Shown piece after piece: positions 26,780 through 40,214 of a stretch of 64,000 bases of DNA (positions are counted from its first letter, which is position 1; every line of letters begins with the position of its first letter). Both the position numbers and the translations under genes were made by a program. The DNA is from Eledone cirrhosa (lineage: Eukaryota). The notes below the pieces were generated by a model. It was not told the DNA's origin and did not search any database. It saw only the letters and a program-made list of their open reading frames with translations. Location: NCBI GenBank assembly GCA_964016885.1, contig OZ024741.1, positions 108,872,001 through 108,936,000 on the forward strand, given 5' to 3'.

Positions 26780-27200
26780 ACGTGTCAGAAGCAACCAACT
26801 CCAATTGATCTGGTTAGATCCCCAATTAAGGCCAGAGGATGACTGGATGCTCTCCAACTATTTTGCTCAGGTGTCTACATCTGGATCTCCTGCCAGTTTG
26901 GTTTGTCGGTAAATCTGTCCACCGATTCTTTCCTGTGACATTCTTGCCACATGTCCCTAGTACCGGAGATGTGATCTCTCATTTCAGAGAAGTAGCGGCT
27001 CTACCTGGAGTGACATATTGATCTCCTAGTTACGCAATTTTTCGAGGAACGTTATTCCACATCTCTTCGGAGAAACCTCGTTTCGCCGCTTCTAATAACA
27101 GTCGTATTTTGTCAGTCATTACCCAAGGTTTGGGGGCAACGGTAAGGGAAGTCATGGACATTGAGTAGAAGATGGCAAGTTTGGCTTTCTCAGCAACCTC
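26780..27200 (-). mobile_element. Decayed LINE 3' region (RTE/Expander-like)
   Basis: WVMTDKIRLLLEAAKRGF resembles the WVMT...AAEM.FLR motif of RTE C-termini. Confidence 0.5.
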
Positions 27201-27329
27201 ACATTCTAATAATAATAATAGACATTCATTGTTTTCTTCTTCCCTCACATTATTTCTCCCACTAGAACTACTGTTGCTTTCACAAGCCTTCTGTAATTGT
27301 AAGTACCTTATTAAAGCCTTATTGGAAAA

Positions 27330-28110
27330 GAAGAATTCTAAATGCTATTGCCAAGATCCGGAAATGCCTTACCGGAATAGAAGCATGGGAGATGGAAATA
27401 AACCACAAAAAAAAGACAGGTAGGAACTAGATAAAAATTACAAATTAGATAAGAAAGGTTTCTCATTAGTTTGAGAACTGAAATAGAGATTAATGGCAAA
27501 AACTACCAAAGGAAAGAGATATGACAACTGAATGAAGCAGTTCGTAGAAAAACAGGGAGTTTATGATAAACCAAAGTAGATTTTACAGAAAAATATACCA
27601 CGTAATCCAGAGAAGGCGAGCAGACTGTGTACGCAGTTTTGGGGAGCAGATGTTATGCACAACAGTCAAGCAGAGAGGATTAGATGTATCGAAGAAAAGC
27701 TGAAAGGTGAGAAACAAATTGAATATCAGCATCAGCCAAATTGAGATCAATGCAGGATTAGAAGGGAACAGAACCAGGTGGTATACATTGGCACTGAATG
27801 AAATTCTTTACAGCAGAAAAAGATGCCTTGTCCAAAACATTTCAAAAATATGTGAGGTCAAGTTTTATACCTGAATGGTTGGTTAAAAGCCGCACAGTCT
27901 TAATCTTGAAAAATACAGCCAGAAGAATAGTATAAGGAACTAGCCCAGAAAATCCCTGAATCTGGTTTGGAGGTTATTTTGACAGGAATACTAAGTGACA
28001 GATCATTCTCTCATTTGAAACAAAACAAACTTATCCCTGATGAACAGAATGATTGTAGGCGGTGGTGTTAAAGAACTAAAGATCTATTGGCTAATTGAAA
28101 CTGCGGAAGC
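27330..28110 (+). mobile_element. Decayed R4/Dong-like LINE RT fragment
   Basis: Frame-broken IPEWLVKSRTVLILK and QNKLIPDEQNDCRR...TKDLL. Confidence 0.55.
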
Positions 28111-28672
28111 GACAATAGACAAATGACATGCAAACATGGTTATCGTCTAGATCTATGATCGTCTTGAAAAGCCAGGAGATAATATTTCTCTGGTGTACAG
28201 AAAGTATAAATGTGCAAGTAGAACATATATATTGTCGTCTTGTGATATGTTTTCATTGATCATATGTGTATCGATTCTATCTTGTTGCTTTTGAATGGCA
28301 CAAAGATGCCATGTCCCTCGTGTATTTAGGAGATCTTAGTTGGTAGATCTAGATGTTACTCAGTTTCATATTTTATCAGCAATAAATCATGAGGCCACAT
28401 TCCTCTCACAGAAATCACTATTTAGCAAGTATTAAGAGCCGTGTATCCGATCCAATGAGAGATACAGTGAAAGTGTCTATGTTCCATTAAATTGATTGGT
28501 TATTTTTTTAAAACAGGATCGTGTTATGAAGTTATATCAGCTAGAATATAAATTACAATACACGTGTACACGAACATATACACGTATATATAAAACACAC
28601 GTGCGCGCATGCACACGCACGCACACACAGAAACACACACACACACACACACATATTTATATATATATATAC

Positions 28673-28779
<107 letters not shown>

Positions 28780-29549
28780 AGTATTTCGAAAGCAAACTAT
28801 TGGAGCGTTGAGTAGATGTAGAAATTCCAAACACAGAAAATAACTGTAAACACAGTCGATAACTTAGGAAATTGGATAAAATATAGACGGAAAAGGTGGG
28901 CAAGTGTCGCTACGAAGAATCAAAAGCCATATCTCTCAAATTCGGTTGATTACTCTAAGCTAAACGGCCCGTTTTGCACAATATTTATGAGTATCCAGGC
29001 AGAATTTATGAGATACGGAGTTTGATAATTCGTCGCAGCTGCTGGTCACTTTTTCATTCTATATCGGGTATTTTGCCATTTTTAAGCTATAATTAATAGT
29101 TAAGTGTCCAGCCTATAAATCTAACACCATAAATTAACAGAAAAACTGCTCATTTATTGTTGGCCTCAAATTTGTTTTGGTTGTTAGCTTTCAGTTAATT
29201 TCGTGGAGTCAAAGCCGAGTGGCCAATGAGTCTTTAAAAACCCGTCAGAAGGACTAGGCCTGTACTTCAAATGGTCAGCTTTATTATATTCTGTAACCCG
29301 TGAAACCCACCATGAAGTTCACTTTAAGGGTGCAACTCTCTGTTGAATACTCAACCACTTGCACATAAATATATCCAGTAGGTCAGTCTATTGACTGAAC
29401 AACTGTAGCACCCATCGTCGAAACTGAAAAATCAATGTTTCATTTTGTCTCTGTCGTACCTGAAATAAATTATTAAAAATGGCATGTAATGACTCGAATT
29501 TGTTTCTAGCATAGCTATTATATAAATGTAATAGGGTTTCACCTTTATA

Positions 29550-29700
29550 ATTTGTAGTACAAGATCCAGGCAGTTGATCGGGCTATTCCAACGTGTCCTC
29601 CTTCACATCTTCCGGTACAACATTTTCTCCATTCTGTTCGCTGGTACAAGAAGGCAGCCTACACCTGGGCTCTCACACACCAGAGAACTCTACTCCACAC
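29550..29700 (-). repeat. Diverged copy of 30745-30890 (probable retroelement 3' end)
   Basis: Shared TAGTACAAGATC...CTATTCCAACGTGTC. Confidence 0.5.
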
Positions 29701-30369
29701 AGACCAAACATGTAACTTTGGTATAGCCCCATTTGGACTCACTTTTGTAACATAAGACATCCTCCTTATAATAAGAGCCACGTCCTTCTTATGTTTCAAA
29801 AGTTTTTTTTAATCTTTATTTAAATGATATATGACCTTCAGATTGGATCTCAATATAATTAGATCTTTCATATCTAGCCGCCACTAAGATACACACAACA
29901 GCTTACAATATGTTCCTAGATAGACAGCGAGGAGAATATGAAATGAAAATGTAACAATTGCAATCAAAATTTAATAACAATTGTTACATTCTTGTTTACT
30001 AGTGAAGTAGTATTTATTTTTATCTATATTTTTAATAACTATGCAATAGTCAATCGAAGCAAACTTTATTTGTCTTTATTATGGTGAATGAATGGTGAAA
30101 ACTTTATAATGCATTTTCATTGGAGGAAATGGTATTGAGGTATTGGCATTGAGGTTTCGAGAGTACTTCACTAAACGGGCAAATATAGCGTCTCTATTTG
30201 TTATGATTCTCTTCGCAGTCAGTAAACTTTGATAACATACTATATTTTTTGGTTTATTCAAGATGAGCCCGGCAATCCGCTTCTAAAAATGTCAACAATT
30301 GGACGCTTATATAGTTTAATGTCTCCAGTAACCTGCTAAATATTTGAAAACACACTAAAGATAAGACAA

Positions 30370-30515
30370 ATAATTGTTTCTACTTTTGGCACCAGGCCAG
30401 CAATTATCCCAGTGCATTACTGGTACTTTATTTTATCGACCCCGTAAGGATGAAAGGCAAAGTTAACCTCGGCGGGATTTGAACTCAGATCATAAAGGGA
30501 GGTAACTCTATGCTT
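30370..30515 (-). mobile_element. SINE family 1, 5'-truncated
   Basis: Matches 2966-3152. AAAGATAAGACAAATAAT on both sides is a probable TSD. Confidence 0.85.
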
Positions 30516-31149
30516 CAAAGATAAGACAAATAATAAACATAATGCGTAATTTGAAATGCAATTATATTTAAGCACGTTTGAGTAATTTGATGAACTATGA
30601 AATACCATGTTCTATAAACTATAGTGTTTTCTAATATAGGCTAAAGGTCGATAATTTGGTGGTAAGCGGTATAATTCATTAAATCGACCATTATTTCATA
30701 TAAATGAAATAGTGTTTCCCTTTTATAAAGAGGAACGAATATTATAATTTATAGTACAAGATCTTGCCAATTGATAGCACTATTCCAACGTGTCTCCCTC
30801 GACATCCTTTGCTCTGATCGCCGTCGAGACATCAGGCGTACTTGGACCCCGCACTGCCGAGTCCTTCTGCAAGGTCGGAACGTCGGCTGCCCATCTAAGA
30901 AAGAGACCCTGTTGTAGCGAGTATCACTGGTCATTATCTGCGGGAATGTTTTTGTGATCTTGTCCGCCCCACCACCACCGCGACATAGGCCCAGAACCCA
31001 ACCCCCTCCTCCTACCCCCCCCCATTCTTCCGTGACACTAGAGCCCTTGCCTTTCCCTTACATTTCCATTTTTTTATATTTTGCTAGTTAAGGTAATTAT
31101 GATGACGACGACGATGAGAAAAATGATTATGATGATGATGATCTCCATT

Positions 31150-33630
31150 ACAGCGGTCCAGCTCTGAAGACGGGACCACAGTCATCTGCCTTGAGGACAG
31201 CCTCCGGGTATGGATGGTTGACCCTATCGAAAGCTTCCGATTGATCTAAATTGATCAGAGCCACACCGAAACCAGATTTACACCCTACCCGCTCTATGAT
31301 ATATCGCATGAGGTGGTGGTGGTGGTCGTGTATGGACTTGGTCGGGATTGCGCAAGTCGGCGCCTCCCCTATCTAATCCTCAACGACAAGCGCCAGCCTC
31401 TTCGCTAATACCTTGGCCAAAATCTTAAACTCTGTGTTTATGGGCCTCAAGTTGTCTAATGTATCTCTTCTTCTCGTCGTTCCTTATCAGGGTCACTACG
31501 CCCAGACTCACAGAACTGAAAATACTGACGTTCTGCATTAGAGCGCTTCGAAGAGATTAGAGAACAAGCCTGGTGTCTATGTAAAGCTCGTAGGGCAGAC
31601 CATCCAAACCGGGTGAATTGCACCTCGTGCAGCTGACTAGGGTATCCGGATCTCAGCTGAAGTTATCGGCCTTTCACAGCGCTCAGCGTCAGCTGATGAG
31701 AGATGTGGTATGGTGTTTAATGTAGGGTCTGAAAATGCTGCAAAAGGCCTCACATATCTGCCTGGAATCGTTCTGCTCACATCCGTCTCAGTCTATCAAA
31801 GACCGAATTGGGGTTTTGTTATCACGCTTCTCCTCATCCATATGGGCCCATCGAACAGCTTTGGTTCCTTCGATTCTTTGAGCATGAACCTAAGCTCTGA
31901 CAACGCAACGTTTGTGTTTCGCATTGAAGAAATGTTCTAATGCCATTCTGGTCGTTAGTACCCCAGTTGTAATGCCACTACAAATATCATCGTCTAATGT
32001 AGCCACCAGAACTCCCTCCTTTCTATTTTTCTCTAAAGCTACTTCTTTACTAAAACCTATCGACATTACTTCAATCTCTCTTTTGAGAGCCCCCCATCAC
32101 CTATTATTAACTACTCCCTATGTCAACTTTTTCTTAACGAAATTGATGATCCGGTGCCTGTAAGCTTTACATGCCAGGAACAACATTTTCAGCTTCCAGT
32201 AACCAGGTCCTAAACCTCGTGTCTTATTTATGTCAATAATGCATATCTCAAACTTGTGATCTGAATAGGTGACCGTTTGAAAATGTGGTCAACCTATACT
32301 AACTTTACCTACTGACTTAATACAGAGCCTATCTATATATGATCTTCATGACCTTATACGGTTGTTCCAGATCCACACAGGCGCATTTGGGAAATCTAGT
32401 CGGTACCTGACATATAAATGAAATTGGCTGATCAGGTACTTGAGGCTTTTGATCCTCTGTTCCTATCAGCAAAGGGCGAGATGTTCCCAGTAAGGCTTCC
32501 AGGCACCTAAAGAAATCCGACCGTCCAGCTCCTATGGGGGCGTAGACGGCCACGAGTCTAGTGACGTAGGGTCATTTAGCAAGCGACCCAGCGTCTAGGA
32601 CGACCCCAGGCCACGAACATTTAAGCATACCACTCTTAAAATGGTCATGGTGGCAGACTAAAAGAGAGAGAGGAAAAGTCAACCTACATCCCTAGGGCTT
32701 GTAGAGGTCGGGAATTTTGACCGCCAAGATTGGTGGAGTTTTCTTTGAGAACCCCCTTTAAAACCCGACTCGAGGCTTCCAAACTAGGGGCTCCCACGTC
32801 GTCAGGGAGGCTCTCTCTAATGTTTTTTATGTGTTTACTGGCATCCGCACCATCAGCATTGTTTTGGGCTCCTTGATGGGTGCAGGTTAAAAAATTCTCC
32901 CCCTCTTTCTCAATATTTTGACTTCGTGTTACAATTACCATAACTTTTTGTTTGCCCTCCTTATTAACACGGATTTATGTGTTTCCGTTGTTGTTAGAGA
33001 CTCAATGTGTTTCCCTTTGTGGGGCATGAGTTGCGGTTTTGTCTGTTGGTGGTTGTGCTTTTTTTTTTGTCTGTTTGTTTGTTTTTTGCAGTTGTGGTAT
33101 TGCTCTTGTTGTAGTCTGTATTTTCTGTGTGTATGTTTTGTGTGCTTGTAGGTGTGTGTATTTTACTCTTTTTTTGTTTCCTTTTTTTGTTTTTTGGGTT
33201 TTTATGATTCACTTTCAAATTCACTTGGGCATGAAGAAATACTAGTATCTGGGGTCTCTGTGTCGGAGGGAGTGGGAGTGTGTTTAAGGGTGTGTGAGTG
33301 TTTGTCTGTGAGTTTATGTATGTAATTGTTTCGGGCGGGAGAAGGGGAGAGGGATAGCTTTCCTCATTCCTCCCCGGGCTGGTTTTCATGCTGGTGTTGC
33401 TGCCGTTGAAGGTGCTGGTAATGCTGTCCGTGCTGATGGTGCTGGTGTTGGTATTTGTGGGGTTGGTTTTCCACGCCCCGATGTTGACATCAATGGTGGT
33501 GTTCGGGCCCCTGCGTTTCTGAGCTGGGCGCAAAAGGCTCGCACATGTATTATTTCGCTGCGGATAAAACAATGTGGCCTTTTGCCGTCAGTGACCATTT
33601 GTATGGCCGTACCATCCTGTAGGTGGATGT
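31150..33630 (-). mobile_element. Decayed Tx1/L1-clade LINE (ORF1 knuckle, APE, RT)
   Basis: RPHCF...HVRAFC (degenerate zinc knuckle), AVYAP (APE), SPGLDGLPYELY, FKILAKVLAKRL, ALINLDQSEAFDRVNH. Confidence 0.75.
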
Positions 33631-34147
33631 AATAATAATAAAATAAGAAATAATAATAATAATAATGATAATCTTTCTACTTTTGGTACAAGGCCAGCAA
33701 TTTCCCCAGTGCATTACTGGTCCTTTATTTTATCGAACCCGTATTAATAATGACAATGATGATGATGATATGTTTCTTCTGTTTCCAAAATACCCTTTTC
33801 TTTCCAATTCTCAAGATCTTTTTTCCTTATACCCATGGCGACTTCGATACCTCAGTAACGGAAGTTGTCTCAAAATCGTATGTTATGAGTTCTCGGACAT
33901 CATCGCACTTCACGTAAGCAATTTGAGTCGCATCCATCGATTTGTAAAATTGTTTTCAAGCACCTCATGTTCATCACTAAGCGGATTGCTTACCAGAACT
34001 TTGAGAAACTCCACGATGCCTCATAATTCCTCAGTTTTGAAATCAGAGTGACGTTTTTTCTAGCCAGATTGGCATCCAAAGCTAATGTGTTATGTCCTCC
34101 CGAAGCAACTGGTTTTAAGGTATCAGTAACTTGCCTTTCTCCTTATC

Positions 34148-34250
34148 GCCGAAGTTGACTTTGCCTTTCATCCTTACGGGGTCGATAAAATAAAGTACCA
34201 GTAATACACTGGGTAATTGCTGGCCTTGTTCCTAAAGTAGAAACAATTAT
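34148..34250 (+). mobile_element. SINE family 1, 3' fragment
   Basis: Conserved tail. Another short fragment at ~33670-33742 (-). Confidence 0.8.
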
Positions 34251-35277
34251 TAGTTCCAAACACCTTCGCCATGAGAAGGCCAAGAGTTGGTATTTGATTG
34301 TCAGAGTCGATATAAGAGGCAAACTGTTTTGAAAAAAACTCAACATTGAGTACGTGGTGAGTACTCTTCATAAATCAGTATTTTTACTTGCAGAATATAT
34401 TCCTTTATAACTTCTGTTTATTGAATGAGAGAAGAAACAATCGATTCTCATTTGTTAAGCCTGATGTGGTGTCCTAAAAAAACAGTAACACACAAATATG
34501 TGATATTAATATTAACGATCTCATTAATAAACAAGAGATATGAAAAACACGGGCACTGTACAACGGAGAGGATACGATAGAATGAGGTTGTTGTACAAGT
34601 AAAAAGAAAATAACAATGCCAAGCAATAAGAATAAATAATGAGGCATTTATCAAATATTAGTGAGATACCAATAGTGAGGTCAGCTATCTAGGGCTAATC
34701 AAGAAAGTTTACAAAATCGGGATTAAACTACCAGGTAACTTGCGACTTGACAGTAACCACTCTCAGTCACTTTTCAATAAATGTTCTGCATCCTCATCTT
34801 CCTTAACCCACCAAAGACTTGCAAAATTCAATGATGACTTGGGCGAAGAGGGGAGATTCTATTCAGTCCCTTTAGTCACTTTGACTAGACAAAGTTTTTT
34901 TTTCCGAGGTCACCAAATAGAGTGAAACTACCTGAGCTTTCTGCTGAACGAAACGTGGCGATACAATATTTACGATTAACTCGACCAATAGGTGGATGTC
35001 TCCTATAGATGACAAAAGATGTTCGACAAATCACCACAAAACATTTATGTTTAAAACACTGCAAAATTGATAGAACAGTTTCGCCACGCTGCAGCAGAAA
35101 CTGACGTCACAAGAGGTTGACTAACAACAACAATGTCTTTTCTGTTACGTATATTGTTTTCATTTCTTACTTACTCTCGCTCTCCTTTTTCTTCGTTTAG
35201 CTCCCATTCTAGATGCCGATGAAGGACTAGTCTCCGAACCGTTCAAACAATTTTCCAAATATAACAAGTTTAAATAA

Positions 35278-35465
35278 TTGTTTCTACTTTTGGCACAAGG
35301 TCAGCAATTATCCAGTACATTACTGGTACTTTATTTTATCGACCCCGTAAGGATGAAAGGCAAAGTTAACCTCGGCGCGATTTGAACTCACATCGTAAAG
35401 GGACATAACTCTTTGCGTCAAAGCATGGCGTCCGACCCTCTACTGATACTGCCAATCCACCGCTC
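35278..35465 (-). mobile_element. Full-length SINE family 1
   Basis: Head-to-tail match to 2966-3152. TSD TAACAAGTTT(A/G)AATAA. Confidence 0.9.
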
Positions 35466-35729
35466 TTAACAAGTTTGAATAATATACCTCTTATGTATGT
35501 GCCCGTGTTATTTTTCCATTTTGATTTTATATATAGAGATTGACTTTGTTAGTTTCAGAAGATCCCGTTAAGGGTGAAAGCAGCGATTCTTTGCTTAAAC
35601 TTTAATCTGTTATTTTAATAAATTTTTGCTCTACGGTTCTTATATATTTGATATATATTTATCCTTATCGAGCCCTCTTTGGATTTTAGTCTTCAAATTT
35701 ATTATTATTACTATATATATATTTTTTTT

Positions 35730-35884
35730 TTTTTGAAAAGCATTTAGAAATGCGCAACCGGTAAAAACTTAAAAACTTAAAACCACAACTGAATACTAAC
35801 CCATACAATCACTAATACTCTTTTATTCCTAATTAAACCATTTTTCAACTGTGAACAATTTGTCAGCATTTTCTATTCCGTTTA

Positions 35885-35969
<85 letters not shown>

Positions 35970-36275
35970 GATGTTTGCTCTGATCTCATTAGTTTTGGGA
36001 ATTGTACCTGTCTTTATGTTTAAAAAATGGCTCCGCTGGGGCCACTTTTTTAACATAAAAACAGGTACAATTCCCAAAACTAATGAGATGAGAGCAAACA
36101 TCACGGATGGTCTATCTCAAAATTATTTTTGAAAAGCATTAGAAATGCGCAACAGATAAAACTTAAAACCAAAACTGAATACTAACCAATGCTATAACTA
36201 ATTCTCACTTATTCCTAATTAAACTATTTTTCACTGTGAACAATTTGTCAGCATTTTCTATTCCGTTTACCAATA
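35730..36275. mobile_element. Direct repeats with HHR-like motif separated by (TA)n and a 145-bp palindrome
   Basis: 35730-35890 resembles 36127-36275. Palindrome at 35964-36108. Motif UUGAAAA-GCAUU uaga AAUGC-GCAA-CCGG-UA. Confidence 0.7.
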
Positions 36276-36609
36276 TATCATAACTTGTGTGTTACACCTC
36301 TATTCTTTTATATATATATATATATATCATAAAATATGTCTTTAGAATCACTAGATATAATATATACCATTTCCTCTCCCAATTAGCATAATTAACCATA
36401 CAAAAAATCAATTAGACAAAGCTATAAGAATAAAGGCTCCTATGAAGAAATCTCCGACAAATAACCGAAAGCAGCCCCTTCGCGGCGACAACAATAGATT
36501 ATTTATCTAACATTTCTACAGCATGTAAAAATCGACCAGATATACAGTCAACCAAACACAATTAGGTGTAAAAATTGAACTTAGAAGAATTGTGTACATA
36601 CCAAATTAC

Positions 36610-36681
36610 TTCTACCATGGTTTCATCCGTATTTTAAGACATCCGATAACGGAATGTCTAGAGTTTCGGAATCATCAGGAG
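36610..36681 (-). ncRNA. HHR, array unit 1 (stem I mismatch)
   Basis: As unit 2 but GAAG after the cleavage site. Confidence 0.6.
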
Positions 36682-37271
36682 CGAACTCAAAATTAGATAT
36701 TTAATTTTCCAAAGTGATCGCGCCAAAAATACATTCAAAAATGGCTAAGAATCGTGACGTGGCAGCGGTCAAGTTAGAAAGGATGTGATTAGTTTCTTAC
36801 AGCGGGTAGGCTTAATGCTAGAAAGCGCAGCCTAAGACCGCCAAATTGTATCTCAATCTAACGGGAGATTATTACATATAAAGGTTTACATACATATATA
36901 TATAAAGTCATAGATATATATGTGTTTTGCAACAGGTCACGTTGTGGCTCAATGAAAAATTAATAAATTAAACAATAAGATCTATATATCATAAAATATG
37001 TCTTTAGAATCACTAGATATAATATATACCATTTCCTCTCCCAATTAGCATAATTAACCATATAAAAAATCAATTAGACACAGCTATAAGAATAAAGGCT
37101 CCTATGAAGAAATCTCCGACAAATAACCGAAATCAGCCCCTTTACGGCGGCAACGATAGATTATTTATCTAACATTTCTACAGCATGTAAAAATCTTCCC
37201 GATATACAGTCAACCAAACACAATTAGGTGTAAACATTGAACTTAGAAGAATTGTGTACATACCAAATTAC

Positions 37272-37343
37272 CTCTACCATGGTTTCATCCGTATTTTAAG
37301 ACATCCGATAACGGAATGTCTAGAGTTTCGGAATCATCAGGAG
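37272..37343 (-). ncRNA. HHR with extended stem II, array unit 2
   Basis: CUC-CUGAUGA-u UCCG aaacucu AGACAUuCCG uuau CGGAUGUCU uaaaaua CGGA u-GAAA-CCAUGG-UA|GAG. Confidence 0.75.
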
Positions 37344-37931
37344 CGAAGTCAAAATTAGATATTTAATATTCCAAATGATCGCGCCCAAAACACATTCAAA
37401 TATGGCTAAGAATCGTGACGTGGCAGCGGTTAAGTTAGAAAGGATGTGATTAGTTGCTTACAGCGGGTAGGCTTAATGCTAGAAAGCGAACCTAATACCG
37501 CCAAATTGATTCTCAACCTAACGGGAGATTATTACATATAAAGATTTACATACATATATATAAAAAGGCATAGATACATATGTGTTTTGCAACAGGTCAC
37601 GTTGTGGCTCAATGAAAAATTAATAAATTAAACAATAAGATCTATATATCATAAAATATGTCTTTAGAATCACTAGATATAATATATACCATTTCCTCTC
37701 CCAATTAGCATAATTAACCATATAAAAAATCAATTAGACACAGCTATAAGAATAAAGGCTCCTATGAAGAAATCTCCGACAAATAACCGAAATCAGCCCC
37801 TTTACGGCGGCAACGATAGATTATTTATCTAACATTTCTACAGCATGTAAAAATCGACCAGATATACAGTCAACCAAACACAATTAGGTGTAAACATTGA
37901 ACTTAGAAGAATTGTGTACATACCAAATAAC

Positions 37932-38003
37932 CTCTACCATGGTTTCATCCGTATTTTAAGACATCCGATAACGGAATGTCTAGAGTTTCGGAATCATCAG
38001 GAG
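37932..38003 (-). ncRNA. HHR, array unit 3
   Basis: Same sequence as unit 2, 660 bp away. Confidence 0.75.
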
Positions 38004-38483
38004 CGAAGTCAAAATTAGATATTTAATTTTCCAAATGATCGCGCCAAAAACACATTCAAATATGGCTAAGAATCGTGACGTGGCAGCGGTCGAGTTAGAA
38101 AGGATGTGATTAGTTGCTTACAGCGGGTAGGCTTAATGCTAGAAAGCGAACCTAATACCGCCAAATTGATTCTCAACCTAACGGGAGATTATTACATATA
38201 AAGGTTTACATACATATATATAAAAAGGCATAGATACATATGTGTTTTGCTTTCGGTTATTTGTCTAATTGATTTTTTATATGGTTAATTATGCTAATTG
38301 GGAGAGGAAATGGTATATATTATATCTAGTGATTCTAAAGACATATTTTATGATATATAGCTCTGATTGTTTAATTTATTAATTTTTCATTTAGCCACAA
38401 CGTGACGTGTTGCAAAACACATATATATCTATGACCTTTTATATATATGTATGTAAACCTTTATATATATATATATATATATA

Positions 38484-40214
38484 TTGTTATACTTTGGGAG
38501 GGTCATGTTGCCAATAAGAAACACACGCACCAGTTGTTTCACTTCAATTTATTATATATTTATAAATTTATAAATTTATAAATTTCTGGTTGGTTGGTTG
38601 GTTCCACAACCAGGTAGTTGTTCATATATAGTCATAGTTCTTTCGTCACACACTCTGTGACCTCTTCAGTGACTGGGGATTCCTTTCTTTGTTTCTGTGC
38701 CTCTCCTTTGTTCTGTCCTACGCCATTTTCTTTCTGTGTGTGTGTTGTGTTCTCAGTCTGCGCATGCGCCACACCCGGGTGTCTGTGTGTGTTTATGTTC
38801 ATTTATTTATTTGTTTATTTACATGTTACTGGTTGGTTGTTTGTTCTATGTGTGTGTGTGTTTTCATTTTGTCCTTAATTGTAAGTTGTGATGTTGCTGT
38901 TCCACTCATATTTTCTATTTAATTTTGGTTGTAATTCTTTTATGTTTATTGCCTCTGTAATTTGTCTAAACATTGCGTCTTTTCTGTGTGTAGATTCTAT
39001 TTTTATTTCTATGTTCTCTAATTTACCCTTGTGTTCTATCTTAGCATGTTATTAGAGTACAGATGATTCTTTATTATCTTGAAGGTCTCGCCAGTGTTCA
39101 TTTATCCGTTCCCCTACACTACGAGCTGTCTCACCTATGTACACTATATTTTTGTCTCTACATTGTCCTTCAGTACATCTTATGCTATACACTACATTTC
39201 TAGTTTTACAGTTAATATGGGGGCTTATTTTACAGGTTATACATTTCTTATCTATACATGAGGGTCTTTGAAAAGGGTATGTCTTGCTAATAAGTGTTTT
39301 TACGGAGGTACCTGGTCTTTCTACTATCTTAATATTGAATTTATGTTTATTTAGGGCCCTTCTAAATTTGTAAGCTAATTCACCTCTAGGGGTTGTATTG
39401 ATGAACATTACACTCTGGTATTTATTGCTATCATACCATGAGTTTATTCTATTAGCCTTGTTCCTAGTTCTTTCTATTCTATTCCAAAATTTGCTCCTAT
39501 ACAAGGGGCAGGTCCCATTTATGTCATTATTTACCATTTTTTACCATTTGGTTCTGGCTCCTCTATACACTCTGATTTTATCTCTCTGATTGTAGCCAGA
39601 GAACTGCATACGGTGGATGAAGTGTTGTATGTGTCTCTCTAGTTCTTCGGGGTTGCACATGCGGGACACATTTCTCATCACCCGTACCAAATCCGCAATC
39701 AGTATGTTGATTTTGGTATGGTCCGAAATGGCCGAGTGTCGGTGGATCAGATGTTTGGAAGTCATGGGTTTGGCATAATGGGAATGGAGGATTTGTTTTT
39801 TGTTGTTAATGGTATCTAACCAGAGCTCTGTGTCTAGTACAGGTAATCGATGGTTGGGGTGTTTACTTGGGTAGTCTATAGTAACTCTAATGCTCTGGTG
39901 GATGGAGTTTGCTATTTGCTGGATGCTTTCCATTGTGTTTTTCTCTAGTTCCTGACTGTTCTCTAGAAGAGGTCACAGAGTGTGTGACGAAAGAACTATG
40001 ACTATATATAAACAACTATCTGGTTGTGGAACCAACCAACCAACCAACCAGAAATTTATAAATTTATAAATTTATAAATATATAATAAATTGAAGTGAAA
40101 GCAACTGGTGCGTGTGTTTCTTATTGGCAACATGACCCTCCCAAAGTATAACAATATCGGTTTCAATACACGATTTCAGATAAAGAATCTTGCTAAACAA
40201 ATTCAGAAACGAAA
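38484..40214 (-). mobile_element. 5'-truncated Penelope-like element (family A): RT C-terminus, GIY-YIG, terminal repeat, inverted repeat
   Basis: ORFs 39541-39933 (LPVLD, HYAKPM, FSGY) and 39052-39537 (CKTRNVVYSIRC, YIGETAR...ERINEH), split by a frameshift. 39966-40155 is inverted to 38484-38668. Confidence 0.92.

Larger units (their letters stand above)
36322..38462 (-). repeat. Tandem array of ~660-bp non-coding HHR-bearing units (about 2.9 copies) with terminal inverted segment
   Basis: Units start at ~36322, 36983 and 37642. 38245-38462 is inverted unit sequence. No ORF of 60 aa or more. (TA)n flanks. Confidence 0.9.

Noticed and set aside
32994-33572. 192-aa ORF as a host gene
   Set aside because: Low complexity; lies in the ORF1 region of a decayed Tx1-like LINE.
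35210-35250. CCGAUGA-AGGAC...CCGAAC HHR-like motif; similar weak motifs at ~44595-44646 (-) and ~56135-56170 (+)
   Set aside because: Core mismatches and no convincing stem I/III; probably decayed, so not called.
36322-38250. CRISPR or prokaryotic system interpretation of the repeats
   Set aside because: Long homologous units with no unique spacers, no cas genes, eukaryotic context.
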